Source: Thermoplasmata archaeon
GTDB lineage: Archaea; Thermoplasmatota; Thermoplasmata; Thermoplasmatales; Thermoplasmataceae
DNA length: 64,000 nt
Assembly (NCBI GenBank): GCA_021817455.1
Contig: JAKAUW010000082.1
Span: 42,904-106,903 of the forward strand
Direction of reading: 5' to 3'
Each line of letters begins with the position of its first letter. The stretch's first letter is position 1. A model generated the notes under the pieces. It saw only the letters and a list, made by a program, of their open reading frames with translations, did not search any database and was not told where the DNA came from. The translations under genes and the position numbers were made by a program. Of the stretch, positions 45,096-54,858 are shown one piece after another.

Positions 45096-45728
45096 ATGCA
45101 GAGAGCACAGCTGGCAATATTCATGTTTGTTCCAATTAGAAAGGATGTATTCAGGTGGGAGACCCCATACCCACTCAACAGCCAGAATCTGGTTGGACAC
45201 ATAATCCTCAGGGATTCAGTGTGCATACTCGTTGATCCCCCTCATGTCCCCGGGCTCGTAGAGGCAGTAAAGAGGCTTTGCGAGACAACGGACATAGTCC
45301 TTACTTCACAGAACCACCTTAGGGGAACTGCATATATCGCATCCATGACAGGAGCAACGGTCTATGTGCCTGAACAGGATGAGAGCGCAGTTGAACCTGG
45401 AGGACTGCTTGCATTGAAGACCATAGGCAATTATGAGAAATATGTTGAAGGTGAGGTGCTTGGCATGAAGGTCTTCAGGGATTTCTATGATTTTGCCCTG
45501 CTCACTCCTGAAGGTGAACTGATAGTTTCAGATAATGCACGGGGAACACCAGAGGGAACACTGTCGCTGTGGCCCGAGTCAATGCCTGATGTTCCTCCAA
45601 ATCCTCCCAATGAGAACATTCACAGGGAATTCAGGCAACTTGTTGCAGAATCCGGTGCAACAACCCTGCTGTCCGGACATGGCTGTGACATAATAGGGAA
45701 CCTGCAGGAACTGGCAGAAGGACTTTGA
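45096..45728 (+). CDS. metallo-beta-lactamase-fold-like protein with degenerate metal motif
   Basis: The pattern VCILVDPP ... IVLTSQNHLRG sits where MBL proteins carry HxHxDH, and a C-terminal SGHG block is present. The start could be 45096 or 45123; the TTG at 45060 would overlap the divergent gene. Confidence 0.4.
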   Translation: MQRAQLAIFMFVPIRKDVFRWETPYPLNSQNLVGHIILRDSVCILVDPPHVPGLVEAVKRLCETTDIVLTSQNHLRGTAYIASMTGATVYVPEQDESAVEPGGLLALKTIGNYEKYVEGEVLGMKVFRDFYDFALLTPEGELIVSDNARGTPEGTLSLWPESMPDVPPNPPNENIHREFRQLVAESGATTLLSGHGCDIIGNLQELAEGL

Positions 45729-45854
45729 ACTGTTGTAAGGATATGAGAACACATGTGCCCTCAAATAATCCCTACCTGATGTAAATATCACGGAAAACGC
45801 ATTTGTTCCCTTGATGTCATAAGGGTTTTAGCAAGTGAACAATAGAGGTATATA

Positions 45855-46787
45855 ATGAACAGAGAGGAATTGCTTACAAAGCCCGTTAAAGACATTAAGA
45901 TAACCGGTTCTACAACACTCAGGGAACTCATAGGGCAATTTTCACATTCAGGAGGGTTCACTTCCGCAAAACTTGGCACTGCTTATTCAATTCTTGACAA
46001 GATGTTCAGGGAAGAGAACACAACTTTCCTTTCTTTTCCCGCCGATATTATTTCCACTGGAACCAGAGGGCTCATAAATGAGATGGTGAAGAGAAAGCTC
46101 GTTGATGTCGTAATAACCACAAACGGCACACTTGACCATGATATCGCCAGGACCTACATGGACTACTATTGTGGCACATTTGACTACAGTGACAGGGAAC
46201 TCAAGCACCTCTCCATAAACAGGCTGGGGAATGTATTTGTTCCAGACGAGAGCTATGGAGTGATCATTGAGGAGAAAGTGCAGCCCGTACTCGAGGAACT
46301 GTACAAAAGGAAGAAAGAGTGGGGTGGTGCCGAGCTTCTCCGCGAGTACGGCCTTACCATGAAAAACGATTCTTCCATTCTTTACAATGCTGCGAAAAAC
46401 AATATTCCAGTGTATGTGCCGGGAATGACGGACGGTTCATTCGGATCCCAGCTCTGGTCCTTCTATGAAGGGAACAGGGATTTCAAGATCAACCTGCTCC
46501 AGGATGAGCACGAACTCTCAGACATCATTTTTGATGCTAAGAAAACAGGCGCGCTGATGCTGGGAGGCGGGATCTCCAAGCACCACACAATCTGGTGGAA
46601 CCAGTTCAGGGGAGGCCTTGAATATGCCGTCTATGTTACAACCGCCCAGGAATTTGACGGTTCACTTTCAGGCGCGAAGCTGGAGGAGGCAATATCCTGG
46701 AAAAAGATGAGGGAGGACGCAGACTTCGTTAACGTCTATGGGGACGCAACTGCACTGCTGCCCCTGTTGATAGGGCCTTTTCTTTAG
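45855..46787 (+). CDS. dys: deoxyhypusine synthase
   Basis: 310-aa ORF with blocks STGTRGLINEMVKRKLVDVVITT and LGGGISKHH, the latter carrying the catalytic Lys context. Confidence 0.9.
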   Translation: MNREELLTKPVKDIKITGSTTLRELIGQFSHSGGFTSAKLGTAYSILDKMFREENTTFLSFPADIISTGTRGLINEMVKRKLVDVVITTNGTLDHDIARTYMDYYCGTFDYSDRELKHLSINRLGNVFVPDESYGVIIEEKVQPVLEELYKRKKEWGGAELLREYGLTMKNDSSILYNAAKNNIPVYVPGMTDGSFGSQLWSFYEGNRDFKINLLQDEHELSDIIFDAKKTGALMLGGGISKHHTIWWNQFRGGLEYAVYVTTAQEFDGSLSGAKLEEAISWKKMREDADFVNVYGDATALLPLLIGPFL

Positions 46788-47110
46788 ATATACTTCAGCC
46801 ATTCCATTATTGGATCATCTTCGTCCTGAAGCTCAGAACTGGTTTCCCCGAATGCGCTTATGGTCTTGAAGCGGTTGAAGTAGATCCTACCGTCCTTTTC
46901 TATCCCGTACATTATGTGTTCCACAGACCTGCCATCCGGAAGGTGTGACATCGCTTCAGGGAATTCCGGCGAGAAGTGGACTTCTATCTTGTCCCCGTCT
47001 TGTTCAAGCCAGTATGAATTGTTCTGCCCTATGTGTTTCTTAAGCCTGTCTGCTTCTATTGAGGGACCCATGCTGTGGCATATTTTCTGATGGCTATAAT
47101 ACATTGCCAT
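46784..47110 (-). CDS. hypothetical protein
   Basis: 108-aa ORF that fills the gap between dys and the cyclodeaminase gene. No recognisable motifs. Confidence 0.35.
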   Translation of the reverse strand: MAMYYSHQKICHSMGPSIEADRLKKHIGQNNSYWLEQDGDKIEVHFSPEFPEAMSHLPDGRSVEHIMYGIEKDGRIYFNRFKTISAFGETSSELQDEDDPIMEWLKYI

Positions 47111-47162
47111 TTTCCTGTGCTAAGAAGGAAAATCCATTTTTAGCCCAAATGCATGTATACAT

Positions 47163-48080
47163 ATGCACTACATTACAGAGGAAGAGGTGGCAGAGCACCT
47201 GGGAGTCAGGGAAACAGTGGACATTCTTGAGGAAGCATTTGAGTCATATTCCGCAGGGACATCATTTTTCAGGCCAAGGGAGAGAATAATCTTTGATGAA
47301 ACAGTATTCAATACCATGCCCGGGGTATTTCAGCACAGGCACCTTGCCGGACTGAAGACATATATCGCAAACAGGAACGGTGCAAGGTTTGTCGTCCTGA
47401 TATTTGACACCATGAAATCTGAGCTTCTTGCTGTCATAGAGGCAAACAAGCTTGGGCAGATAAGGACCGGGGCACTGCCGGCCATGGTGACAAGGAGAAT
47501 GCTCAGGGAAAAGAACCAGGGATTCTGTGTAATAGGTTCAGGGTTCCAGGCTGAGACTCAGCTGGAGGCCATGGCCTCCGTATTCAAATTAAACAGCGTA
47601 TCAGTATATTCCAGAACTTTTGCCAATGCCAGGAAATTCGCTGAAAAGATGCAGAGGAAGACAGGGCTTGAGGTAAAGGCGTACGAATCAGCAGCGGCGG
47701 CCCTGAAAGATGCCACTATTGTAAATTCAATCACAGACTCCATGGATTCCATCTTTGCTAGAAAGGATCTTGGAGGAGAATATCATGTCAACCTGTGCGG
47801 CGCCAATAATCCAAGAAGAAGGGAAGCCTCCGAAGATATTCTCCTTGACAGTGACCTCATAGTGGTTGAGGATATGGAACAGGCCCTGAAGGAATCCGGC
47901 GAAATCATATCGCTCAGGAAGAACCATCCTGAAAAGAAATGCACTGAACTTGGGGACTTCATGAAGATGGACAGGAACAGCCTCAGTGAAAGGAAAAGGA
48001 CAGTGTTTAAGTCCATGGGTCTAGGGCTGGAAGATGTTGCAGCTGGTTATGTTTTATTGAAAAATATGAAAATACTGTAA
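47163..48080 (+). CDS. ornithine cyclodeaminase / mu-crystallin family protein
   Basis: 305-aa ORF with LGQIRTGA, Rossmann VIGSGFQAETQLEA and a C-terminal FKSMGLGLEDVAA block. Confidence 0.75.
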   Translation: MHYITEEEVAEHLGVRETVDILEEAFESYSAGTSFFRPRERIIFDETVFNTMPGVFQHRHLAGLKTYIANRNGARFVVLIFDTMKSELLAVIEANKLGQIRTGALPAMVTRRMLREKNQGFCVIGSGFQAETQLEAMASVFKLNSVSVYSRTFANARKFAEKMQRKTGLEVKAYESAAAALKDATIVNSITDSMDSIFARKDLGGEYHVNLCGANNPRRREASEDILLDSDLIVVEDMEQALKESGEIISLRKNHPEKKCTELGDFMKMDRNSLSERKRTVFKSMGLGLEDVAAGYVLLKNMKIL

Positions 48081-48088
48081 ACCCAAAA

Positions 48089-49015
48089 TCATTTTTTCAG
48101 TAGGTCTTCCAGCGCATCATCCAGTTTGGGAAACTTGAACTGGTAGCCTATTTCTTCTGCTTTTGCCGGTACAACCTTCCTGCCATTTGCAAGTATCTTC
48201 GAGACTTCCCCCATCATGAGCCTGATTATTGTAACCGGAATTGGAATCCTTGAGGGCTTTCCCATGGCTTTTCCCAGGGAGTCCGCAAAGTCTTTCATGG
48301 TAGGGACATCTGGTGCGGATGCATTCATTGGGCCTGACACATTGTCCAGGTCCATTGCATAAAGAATCATTCCCACCTCATCTTCTATGTGTATCCAGGG
48401 GAACCACTGGTTGCCGGGCCTTATTGGGCCGCCAATTCCCTTATTGAAAGCGTTCATGAGCTGAGGCAGTGCCCCATTTTCCTTGTCCAGGACCACACTT
48501 GTCCTGATGTTTATCACTCTTGTTCCGCAGTCCCGGGCTTTAAGTGCCGCATTTTCCCAGTCCTTCACAAAAGTACCCCAGAAATCCTTCCCTGCAGGAT
48601 ATTCCTCTGTAACGGTGTCATCGTTGAATGTATCGTACCCGTAAATACCAGCAGCAGACCCGTTGATGAACACCTGAGGTCTTGACTTTGCGCTGCAGAT
48701 TGCCTCCGATATTCTTGCGGTTGCCTTCACCCTTGAGTCCACTATTTCGGCCTTGTAGTTCCCCTTCCACTTCTGGAAGATTGGGGCTCCACTGAAGTTG
48801 AAGACCACATCAGCGCCATCAACATGCTCCTGCCAACCATCCTTAGTGTAGTCCCAGTGGTACTGTTCCTGTACCTTCGGGAAAAGTGTCTTGCTCTTTG
48901 AAATGTCACGTGCAAAGATCCTTATATTCCAGCCGTTGTGGGAAAGGCTCTGAATAACAGCCTGCCCAATCTGGCCTGTAGCCCCGAAAATAGCAGCTGT
49001 CCTTCCACTGTCCAT
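48089..49015 (-). CDS. SDR-family epimerase-like protein (TIGR01777 / DUF1731 type)
   Basis: 308-aa ORF with an N-terminal FGATGQIGQAV and a C-terminal VVPAKAEEIGYQFKFPKLDDAL, typical of this family. Confidence 0.75.
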   Translation of the reverse strand: MDSGRTAAIFGATGQIGQAVIQSLSHNGWNIRIFARDISKSKTLFPKVQEQYHWDYTKDGWQEHVDGADVVFNFSGAPIFQKWKGNYKAEIVDSRVKATARISEAICSAKSRPQVFINGSAAGIYGYDTFNDDTVTEEYPAGKDFWGTFVKDWENAALKARDCGTRVINIRTSVVLDKENGALPQLMNAFNKGIGGPIRPGNQWFPWIHIEDEVGMILYAMDLDNVSGPMNASAPDVPTMKDFADSLGKAMGKPSRIPIPVTIIRLMMGEVSKILANGRKVVPAKAEEIGYQFKFPKLDDALEDLLKK

Positions 49016-49110
49016 GTATTATTCAACTCATCAGGTTTATTTAATATTCCTAAAATTAGCTTGTATCTTTTAACAGAGTTTGGAAAATTGAAAAAATAGA
49101 GTCTGGAGAG

Positions 49111-51150
49111 TTACGCTCTCTCCTCCGGGAGAATATATTCCGGCCTTATGGGCGTCTCCAAAATAAGCTTGCCAGTGGCCAGTTCGATTGCCCTGGAGAG
49201 GGCTATTGGCACGCCTATGGTTGGCGCTTCGCCCAATCCCTTTGCCTTGGAAGGCAGGGGTGATTCTGATTTGTAGAACTTAATCCCAAACTTTGGCACC
49301 AGGTCAGCTGAAAGAACACCTGCATCGGATATGGATGTGATCAGCGGCAGCCCATCCTCATCGAAGGAAAGCTCCTCTGAAAGCGTCTGGCCAATTCCCT
49401 GGACAGCCCCGCCGGCATTCTGGCCTCTTGCATTGTCCGGATCAAGGACTCTCCCTGCATCATAGTAAGAAAGGCATTCCTTGACCATGACCCTGCCGTA
49501 GCTGTCAATATCGGCAGTTACAAGATTGGCTCCAAGGCTGCTCTCTGTCTTGTCATACTTGAAGAATTCATACTCATCCCAGTTTCCTTCAAGGAGAGCC
49601 TTGAGGGTGTATTTCCCGTGCTTCTTCTCAACCTGTTCCTTAATCTTTCTGGCGGCAACTATTACAGCTGAGGAAAGAACCATTGAAGATCTGCTGCCCC
49701 AAGCCCCAACTCCGTCCGCCAACTGGTCAGTGTCTCCCTTCATGGCATCCACCAAATCCTCCGGCACACCAAGTTCTTCCTTCAGGAGAGTCTTGATGAA
49801 AATATCATGCCTCTGGCCATGTGCGTTTCCACCGGTCCAGACCTTAAGCCTCCCTTCCTCAACCTTTATCCTTGCGGACTCCCCGCCTGCTGTTGCATGG
49901 TAGAGAATGAGGAAAGCAAAGCCCACGTTTTCCCTGCCTTTGTATTTCTCATAGTTGAGTTCCTTAATTGCACTTTCAAGGAATTCTCTGGACTTCTCAA
50001 CCTGCATTCCAAGTGGTGATGTGTATGTCTCCTTCGCAGCATTTATGAGCCTGAGTTCGACAGGATCCATTTTAAGCTTGTCAGCGAGGCCGTCCATGAG
50101 CCTTTCAATAAAGTACATTGCCTCCGGCCTCCCGGCTCCCCTGTAGGGCCCCTGCGGTGCCTTGTTGGTCAGGGCCGATACTGCCCTTACATATGCATTC
50201 GGAAGTTTGTATGCCCCGGCCAGCTGCCTTGCAATGAACATTGGCGAGAATTCTCCTGATCCTCCGGTGAAGGCTCCATTGTCAACTATGACATCGCCCT
50301 TCAGCCCGGTTATGGTCCCGTCTTTCTTTGCGTAAAGCCTCAGATTTGCAACAACACCCCTTCCAGGCCTGCTTGCCAGAAGATGTTCCCTTCTTGTTTC
50401 TATCCACTTAACAGGGCGCTTCTCCTTCATGGCAAGGTAACAAGCAACAACGTATTCCGGGAACAATCCGCCCTTAAGGCCAAATGCCCCTCCAGTGTCA
50501 ACCTGTACTACCCTGATCCTGTCAGGTTCCATTTTCAGGGCCTCGCTGAGGCCTTCCTTTATGGAATGGGCACTCTGCGTGCTTACCCAGACTGTAAGCT
50601 TGTGGCCGTCATAGGCAGCCACTATTCCCCTTGGTTCAATGGGGTTTGTTGCGACTCTCCTGTTTATGAGCCTTCTTTCAACAACTATGTCAGAAGGGTC
50701 CGGGTTGAAATCCTTGCCGAAGTAGCGGTCAACGATTGCATTTGACTTGATGCCCGGGTACATGCCCTCACGTTTCAGGGATTCCTCGGGGTCCACGATT
50801 GCTTTCAATGGTTCATATTCCACCTCAACTGAATCGATGAGATCCTCCGCAACATACCGGTCATCGGAATACACTGCCGCGATTGGCTGGCCAACATAAC
50901 CAACATATTCGCCTGCGAGCACAGGATGGCTAAGCGCTGCTGGTCCACCTTCTGTTGCCCCTTCTCCGACTTCCACAACTTCGAAGTTAACTTCCCTGTG
51001 GGTCAGCTGTGCACCCGTGATCTTCAGGATCTTTGCCCTGGCGTACTGGCTTCTTGCAAAGCCAAGGTATAACATGCCCGGCATCTGTATGTCGTCTACG
51101 AACCTTCCTTCCCCTCTTACCAGTTTTTCACTTAGTTCCATGTTATGCAC
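49111..51150 (-). CDS. molybdopterin-dependent hydroxylase, large (Mo-binding) subunit, CoxL/XdhA-like
   Basis: 679-aa ORF with active-site loop GPYRGAGR (50128-50145) and a C-terminal KGLGEAP catalytic Glu block. Start is the GTG at 51150 or the ATG at 51141. Confidence 0.85.
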   Translation of the reverse strand: MHNMELSEKLVRGEGRFVDDIQMPGMLYLGFARSQYARAKILKITGAQLTHREVNFEVVEVGEGATEGGPAALSHPVLAGEYVGYVGQPIAAVYSDDRYVAEDLIDSVEVEYEPLKAIVDPEESLKREGMYPGIKSNAIVDRYFGKDFNPDPSDIVVERRLINRRVATNPIEPRGIVAAYDGHKLTVWVSTQSAHSIKEGLSEALKMEPDRIRVVQVDTGGAFGLKGGLFPEYVVACYLAMKEKRPVKWIETRREHLLASRPGRGVVANLRLYAKKDGTITGLKGDVIVDNGAFTGGSGEFSPMFIARQLAGAYKLPNAYVRAVSALTNKAPQGPYRGAGRPEAMYFIERLMDGLADKLKMDPVELRLINAAKETYTSPLGMQVEKSREFLESAIKELNYEKYKGRENVGFAFLILYHATAGGESARIKVEEGRLKVWTGGNAHGQRHDIFIKTLLKEELGVPEDLVDAMKGDTDQLADGVGAWGSRSSMVLSSAVIVAARKIKEQVEKKHGKYTLKALLEGNWDEYEFFKYDKTESSLGANLVTADIDSYGRVMVKECLSYYDAGRVLDPDNARGQNAGGAVQGIGQTLSEELSFDEDGLPLITSISDAGVLSADLVPKFGIKFYKSESPLPSKAKGLGEAPTIGVPIALSRAIELATGKLILETPIRPEYILPEERA

Positions 51151-51675
51151 CTATGCCCTGACCTTTATCTCGGGGTGTTCCTCTATGGGGTCGCCCTCTT
51201 CTTCCATTTTCTTGCTGGCATCCTTAATAGATTCCACTATGTTGTCATAACCTGTGCACCTGCAAAGGTTCCCTGAAATAGCCGCCCTGATTTCCTCTTC
51301 AGTTACGTTCTTCCTGTTCTTGAGCAGCCAGTAGGAGGTCAGAATCATCCCTGATGTGCAGTAACCGCACTGCAGCCCATGCTTGTCCACAAAGGACTGC
51401 TGAACGGGGTGCAGTTTCTCCCTTCCCTTAGAAAGGCCTTCTATTGTCAGGATTTTCTTTCCGTTTGCCTGCACAGCAAGTATAGTGCATGATTTGACTG
51501 CCTTTCCGTCCATTATAACTGTGCATGCGCCACAGTTTGTTGTGTCGCAACCTATGTGGGTGCCGGTGAGGCCTGCAACTTCCCGGAGGAAATGTGCAAG
51601 CAGCATTCTTGGCTCAACTTCTGTTTCCTTGACTTCTCCGTTTACTGTAATCGAAATATGCTTTTTGCTAACCAT
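51151..51675 (-). CDS. (2Fe-2S)-binding small subunit, CoxS-like
   Basis: 174-aa ORF with the two cluster motifs GCDTTNCGACTV and CGYCTSG...CRCTGY. Confidence 0.9.
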   Translation of the reverse strand: MVSKKHISITVNGEVKETEVEPRMLLAHFLREVAGLTGTHIGCDTTNCGACTVIMDGKAVKSCTILAVQANGKKILTIEGLSKGREKLHPVQQSFVDKHGLQCGYCTSGMILTSYWLLKNRKNVTEEEIRAAISGNLCRCTGYDNIVESIKDASKKMEEEGDPIEEHPEIKVRA

Positions 51676-51676
51676 C

Positions 51677-52546
51677 TTAATTCACTCCTGCCCGTGACAA
51701 GGCTTTCCTGATTGCCTCGCGCGTTATCCTTCTCAGAATTTCCCTCTTGTACTCTTCAGTGCCATACGGATCAGTTGTTGGCTGGGCAGAGGCCGCAACT
51801 TCTGAAGCGGCCTTGTTTATGACCTCATCGGTGAGGGCCTTCCCGACCAGAATATTTTCGGCGCTTTCCATTCTTCCTGATTTCGGGGACACAGACGTAG
51901 TTGCGATATGTGCCCTTGTGCATTTGTTTCCTTCTAGTTCAAGCTGCACGGCAACTGCTGCAACTGAGAAATTCCACGTGTTCTTCTTGAACTTCACATA
52001 TGCGCCGCCTGATTTCTTTCCCCAGAATGGTATGGTAACCTCTGTAAGTACCTCCTCGGGTTCCATGGCGGTGGTGAACGTGTCCAGGAAAAAATCCCTG
52101 GCGTTGATTTCCCTTGAACCGTTTCTTCCGCGCACGGCGAATCTTGCGTCCAGTGCTATCATAACTGCAGGGAGGTCATTTGCAGGATCTGCATGGGAAA
52201 GGTTTCCTCCAATTGTGCCAACATTCCTCACCAGTGGATCGGCGAGCTGTCCGGTCGCATCGTGCAATAGAGGGAATCTCTTCCTGATCAGTTCTGAATT
52301 CTCAAGATCACTGTCAACAGTCATTGCACCGATACGGACGCCCTCTTTTCCTTCATCAACATAGCTGAGGCCCTTGACCTCAGAGAGGGAGACAAGGTAG
52401 GGAATTGAAGATATCCTGGATTTAAGCAGGGGTATCAGGCTCTGGCCGCCTGCCAGTATCTTTGCTTCCCCAGGATATTTGGCTAGAATGTCAATAACTT
52501 CGTCAATGCCCGTTGGGGCAAAGTACTCAAAAATTGGGGGGTTCAT
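51677..52546 (-). CDS. FAD-binding medium subunit, CoxM-like
   Basis: 289-aa ORF with FAD_binding_5-type blocks ILAGGQSLIPLLK and GTIGGNLSHADPANDLP. Confidence 0.85.
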   Translation of the reverse strand: MNPPIFEYFAPTGIDEVIDILAKYPGEAKILAGGQSLIPLLKSRISSIPYLVSLSEVKGLSYVDEGKEGVRIGAMTVDSDLENSELIRKRFPLLHDATGQLADPLVRNVGTIGGNLSHADPANDLPAVMIALDARFAVRGRNGSREINARDFFLDTFTTAMEPEEVLTEVTIPFWGKKSGGAYVKFKKNTWNFSVAAVAVQLELEGNKCTRAHIATTSVSPKSGRMESAENILVGKALTDEVINKAASEVAASAQPTTDPYGTEEYKREILRRITREAIRKALSRAGVN

Positions 52547-52602
52547 CTACCAAAGAATGGTTAAAACTACTTAAATTTAGATTTTATTGACTGTGTGAAT
52601 AT

Positions 52603-53460
52603 TTACTGATTTGCCTTAGCCTCTAACTTTTTTGTGTTTGAGGGACTTTTTGATGAACGCTCCCTCCTGACCTTTGTGATCTGCGATGAAATGCTGATGG
52701 CAATCTCAAACGGGGTAATAGCACCTATTTCCACACCAATGGGCGTGTTTATGGAATCAAGAAACTTCTGGGAAATACCCTTCCCCTTCAGGACTTCGAA
52801 ATCATGTGCAGCTCTCTTCCTGCTTGCCATGAGCCCGATATATGCGGGGGGATATTTTGCAACGGCCTCAAGTGCCTCTATATCCCTCTCGCCTTTTGTG
52901 AGAATGACAACGAAATCATCCTTTGTGAACTTGAAGGACTTGAGGTCAAAATCCAGGTTCGAAATGAGTTCATCAGGTTTTTCCTTAAGAACCGGTGCGT
53001 GATCAATCACTGTAACCCTGAAGTCAAGCTTCTTTCCAAGAAGGACAAGGTATTCCTCTACCTCGTCCCTTCCACCCTGGCCAATGAGGATCAGGCGCTC
53101 AAACGGCTTGAATGGCTCAAGGAATACATCAATGGTCCCGCCACAGAAAGTTTCCACAAATATTTCGTCCTGAACCTGCCTTGAAATCATGGCCTCTATG
53201 CCTTTTCCAGCATCCTCAAGGTGTATCTTGACACTCTTGGGTACCCCGGAGTCAAGCACTTTCCTGGCCTCGTCAAGGATTACCGATTCCGGGCAGGCAC
53301 CACCCAGTGTACCATAAATTATGCTGTCATCATAAACCACGACCTTGAATCCTGGCTTTGCCAGAGAAGATCCCTCAGTCTTTACTACCGTTGCAACGAC
53401 GAATGACTCTCCCTTCGTGCTCATTTCATGGATCTTGCTGGCAAAATCGTAATTCTCCAT
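52603..53460 (-). CDS. XdhC/CoxI family molybdoenzyme maturation protein
   Basis: 285-aa ORF with an N-terminal XdhC_CoxI block (FVVATVVKTEGSSLAKPG) and a Rossmann-like C-domain (LILIGQGG ... VTVID). Confidence 0.8.
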   Translation of the reverse strand: MENYDFASKIHEMSTKGESFVVATVVKTEGSSLAKPGFKVVVYDDSIIYGTLGGACPESVILDEARKVLDSGVPKSVKIHLEDAGKGIEAMISRQVQDEIFVETFCGGTIDVFLEPFKPFERLILIGQGGRDEVEEYLVLLGKKLDFRVTVIDHAPVLKEKPDELISNLDFDLKSFKFTKDDFVVILTKGERDIEALEAVAKYPPAYIGLMASRKRAAHDFEVLKGKGISQKFLDSINTPIGVEIGAITPFEIAISISSQITKVRRERSSKSPSNTKKLEAKANQ

Positions 53461-53595
53461 GCGTTATGTTATTGAGAATTCTATTTAGCTTTTCCTGAAG
53501 CCTAGAACGGAGGTTTGGGGAATATGCACAAGGCGGCCTGGTCCGCATGCAGTCAGATGAAAAGCTCATATAAGCAGTGTTGATTTTTAGTATGT

Positions 53596-54198
53596 ATGCC
53601 GCGCATGGAAGCAGTGGTACTTGCATCAGGCTTTTCAAGGAGGCTCGGGGCAGACAAGGTCTCCCAGGACATATGCGGAAGGAATGTCCTGAGCCGCGTT
53701 GTGGAAAATGTCCTCGGTGCAGGAATTGAGAAGATTGTTGTGGTTCTGAGGGAGAGGAGCCAGGCACGGCTGGTTCCCGAGAGCCAGAAGGTAAGCCTCC
53801 TGTTCAATGAGAACGCTGACGCAGGGATGTCAAGTGCCATAAAACTTGCAATTCTCAGGGCAGAGCACGACTATGACGGGTTTCTCTTTCTCAATGGAGA
53901 TATGCCTTTTTTCAGCGCAGAGAGCATTGCGAGGCTCACACGACTGTGGGAGAAAAATCCCCATAAAATTACATGCATTCGCCATAAGGGAGTTATGCGC
54001 GGACCAGTAATATTTCCTCGGAGATACACTGGACAGCTCCTGAACCTCGAGGGGGAGAGGGGAGGTAGGGAACTGCTCATGGCCAACAATCCAGATGTGG
54101 TGTGCATCGACGTCAAAGACGCGGACCAGATGGTTGACATTGATACCGGGGAAGATCTGGAGAGGGCCAGAGAAATATGCGTGAAGCAGGGCCTGTGA
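53596..54198 (+). CDS. MobA/MocA-like molybdenum cofactor nucleotidyltransferase
   Basis: 200-aa ORF with the N-terminal VVLASGFSRRLGADK signature and a late DIDTGEDL block. Confidence 0.7.
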   Translation: MPRMEAVVLASGFSRRLGADKVSQDICGRNVLSRVVENVLGAGIEKIVVVLRERSQARLVPESQKVSLLFNENADAGMSSAIKLAILRAEHDYDGFLFLNGDMPFFSAESIARLTRLWEKNPHKITCIRHKGVMRGPVIFPRRYTGQLLNLEGERGGRELLMANNPDVVCIDVKDADQMVDIDTGEDLERAREICVKQGL

Positions 54199-54282
54199 TT
54201 CCTTACCGGGCAAAATTTGTCACAGGAATGTATCTATAATAAGCTCATCTTTAAATAGGCATCAAATTTATAGTGCTTCAAG

Positions 54283-54774
54283 TTGCCGGCAATTAAGATA
54301 AGGGAGGAGCTGGAAAGCTTCTACAAACTCAAAACTGTCATGATTGTGTCATTCGTGCTGACATTCTTCCTTGAAAACCATTATATAACATTCCTGGAAG
54401 ACCCGCAGCTTACCCTTAATTTCTCCACATTCTTCCAGAGCGGCAGCCTGCTGGGCCTGTACGGTACCCTTATCGGCCTTCTGCTCACTGCTTATGCCAT
54501 GATTGTTGCCGTTCTACCGCTGTTCTCAACTGAGAGCCTTCAGAAGCCTATATTTTCACAGATAAACAGGCTGTTTGTTTTCACAATTCTGGACGGGACA
54601 CTCCTGCTACTGATCTATTTCACAGGAGGGCTCATACCATTGTTTTTTGTCAGGAGCCCGCTGTTCATTGATATGGAGATTTTCTTCTTCTTCTGCCTCA
54701 TGATTGGGCTGATTTTCTGTGTGCTCACATTATCCGATCTTTTCAAGATTATCAGGAAGCGCGGCTCAAGATAG
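54283..54774 (+). CDS. 4-TM membrane protein, unknown function
   Basis: 163-aa ORF from a TTG start with four hydrophobic helices. Confidence 0.4.
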   Translation: MPAIKIREELESFYKLKTVMIVSFVLTFFLENHYITFLEDPQLTLNFSTFFQSGSLLGLYGTLIGLLLTAYAMIVAVLPLFSTESLQKPIFSQINRLFVFTILDGTLLLLIYFTGGLIPLFFVRSPLFIDMEIFFFFCLMIGLIFCVLTLSDLFKIIRKRGSR

Positions 54775-54858
54775 CCTGGATCAGAGTTCCATGAAGCCAT
54801 TTCGTGGAGTCCTGATGCATGCAGTTGGTTATTTATCCCTCTGTTCTGTTAACCACTA

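Noticed and set aside
49111-51150. Calling the Mo-subunit a genuine aerobic carbon monoxide dehydrogenase (CoxL form I) because of the coxM-S-L gene order.
   Set aside because: The active-site loop is GPYRGAGR, not the AYRCSFR signature with the catalytic Cys. No coxD/E/F-type accessory genes are present. It is kept as a generic Mo hydroxylase.
51747-52364. Long antisense ORFs opposite well-supported genes. Examples are the 205-aa ORF at 51747-52364 opposite coxM, 183 aa at 56932-57483 opposite yceI, 178 and 162 aa at 60054-60604 opposite the CoA-disulfide reductase, and 149 aa at 13364-13813 opposite the acylase.
   Set aside because: The opposite strand carries unambiguous family motifs in each case. 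The antisense translations are low-complexity (Ser/Pro/Leu/Arg-rich) with no motifs, which is typical of shadow ORFs caused by codon bias.
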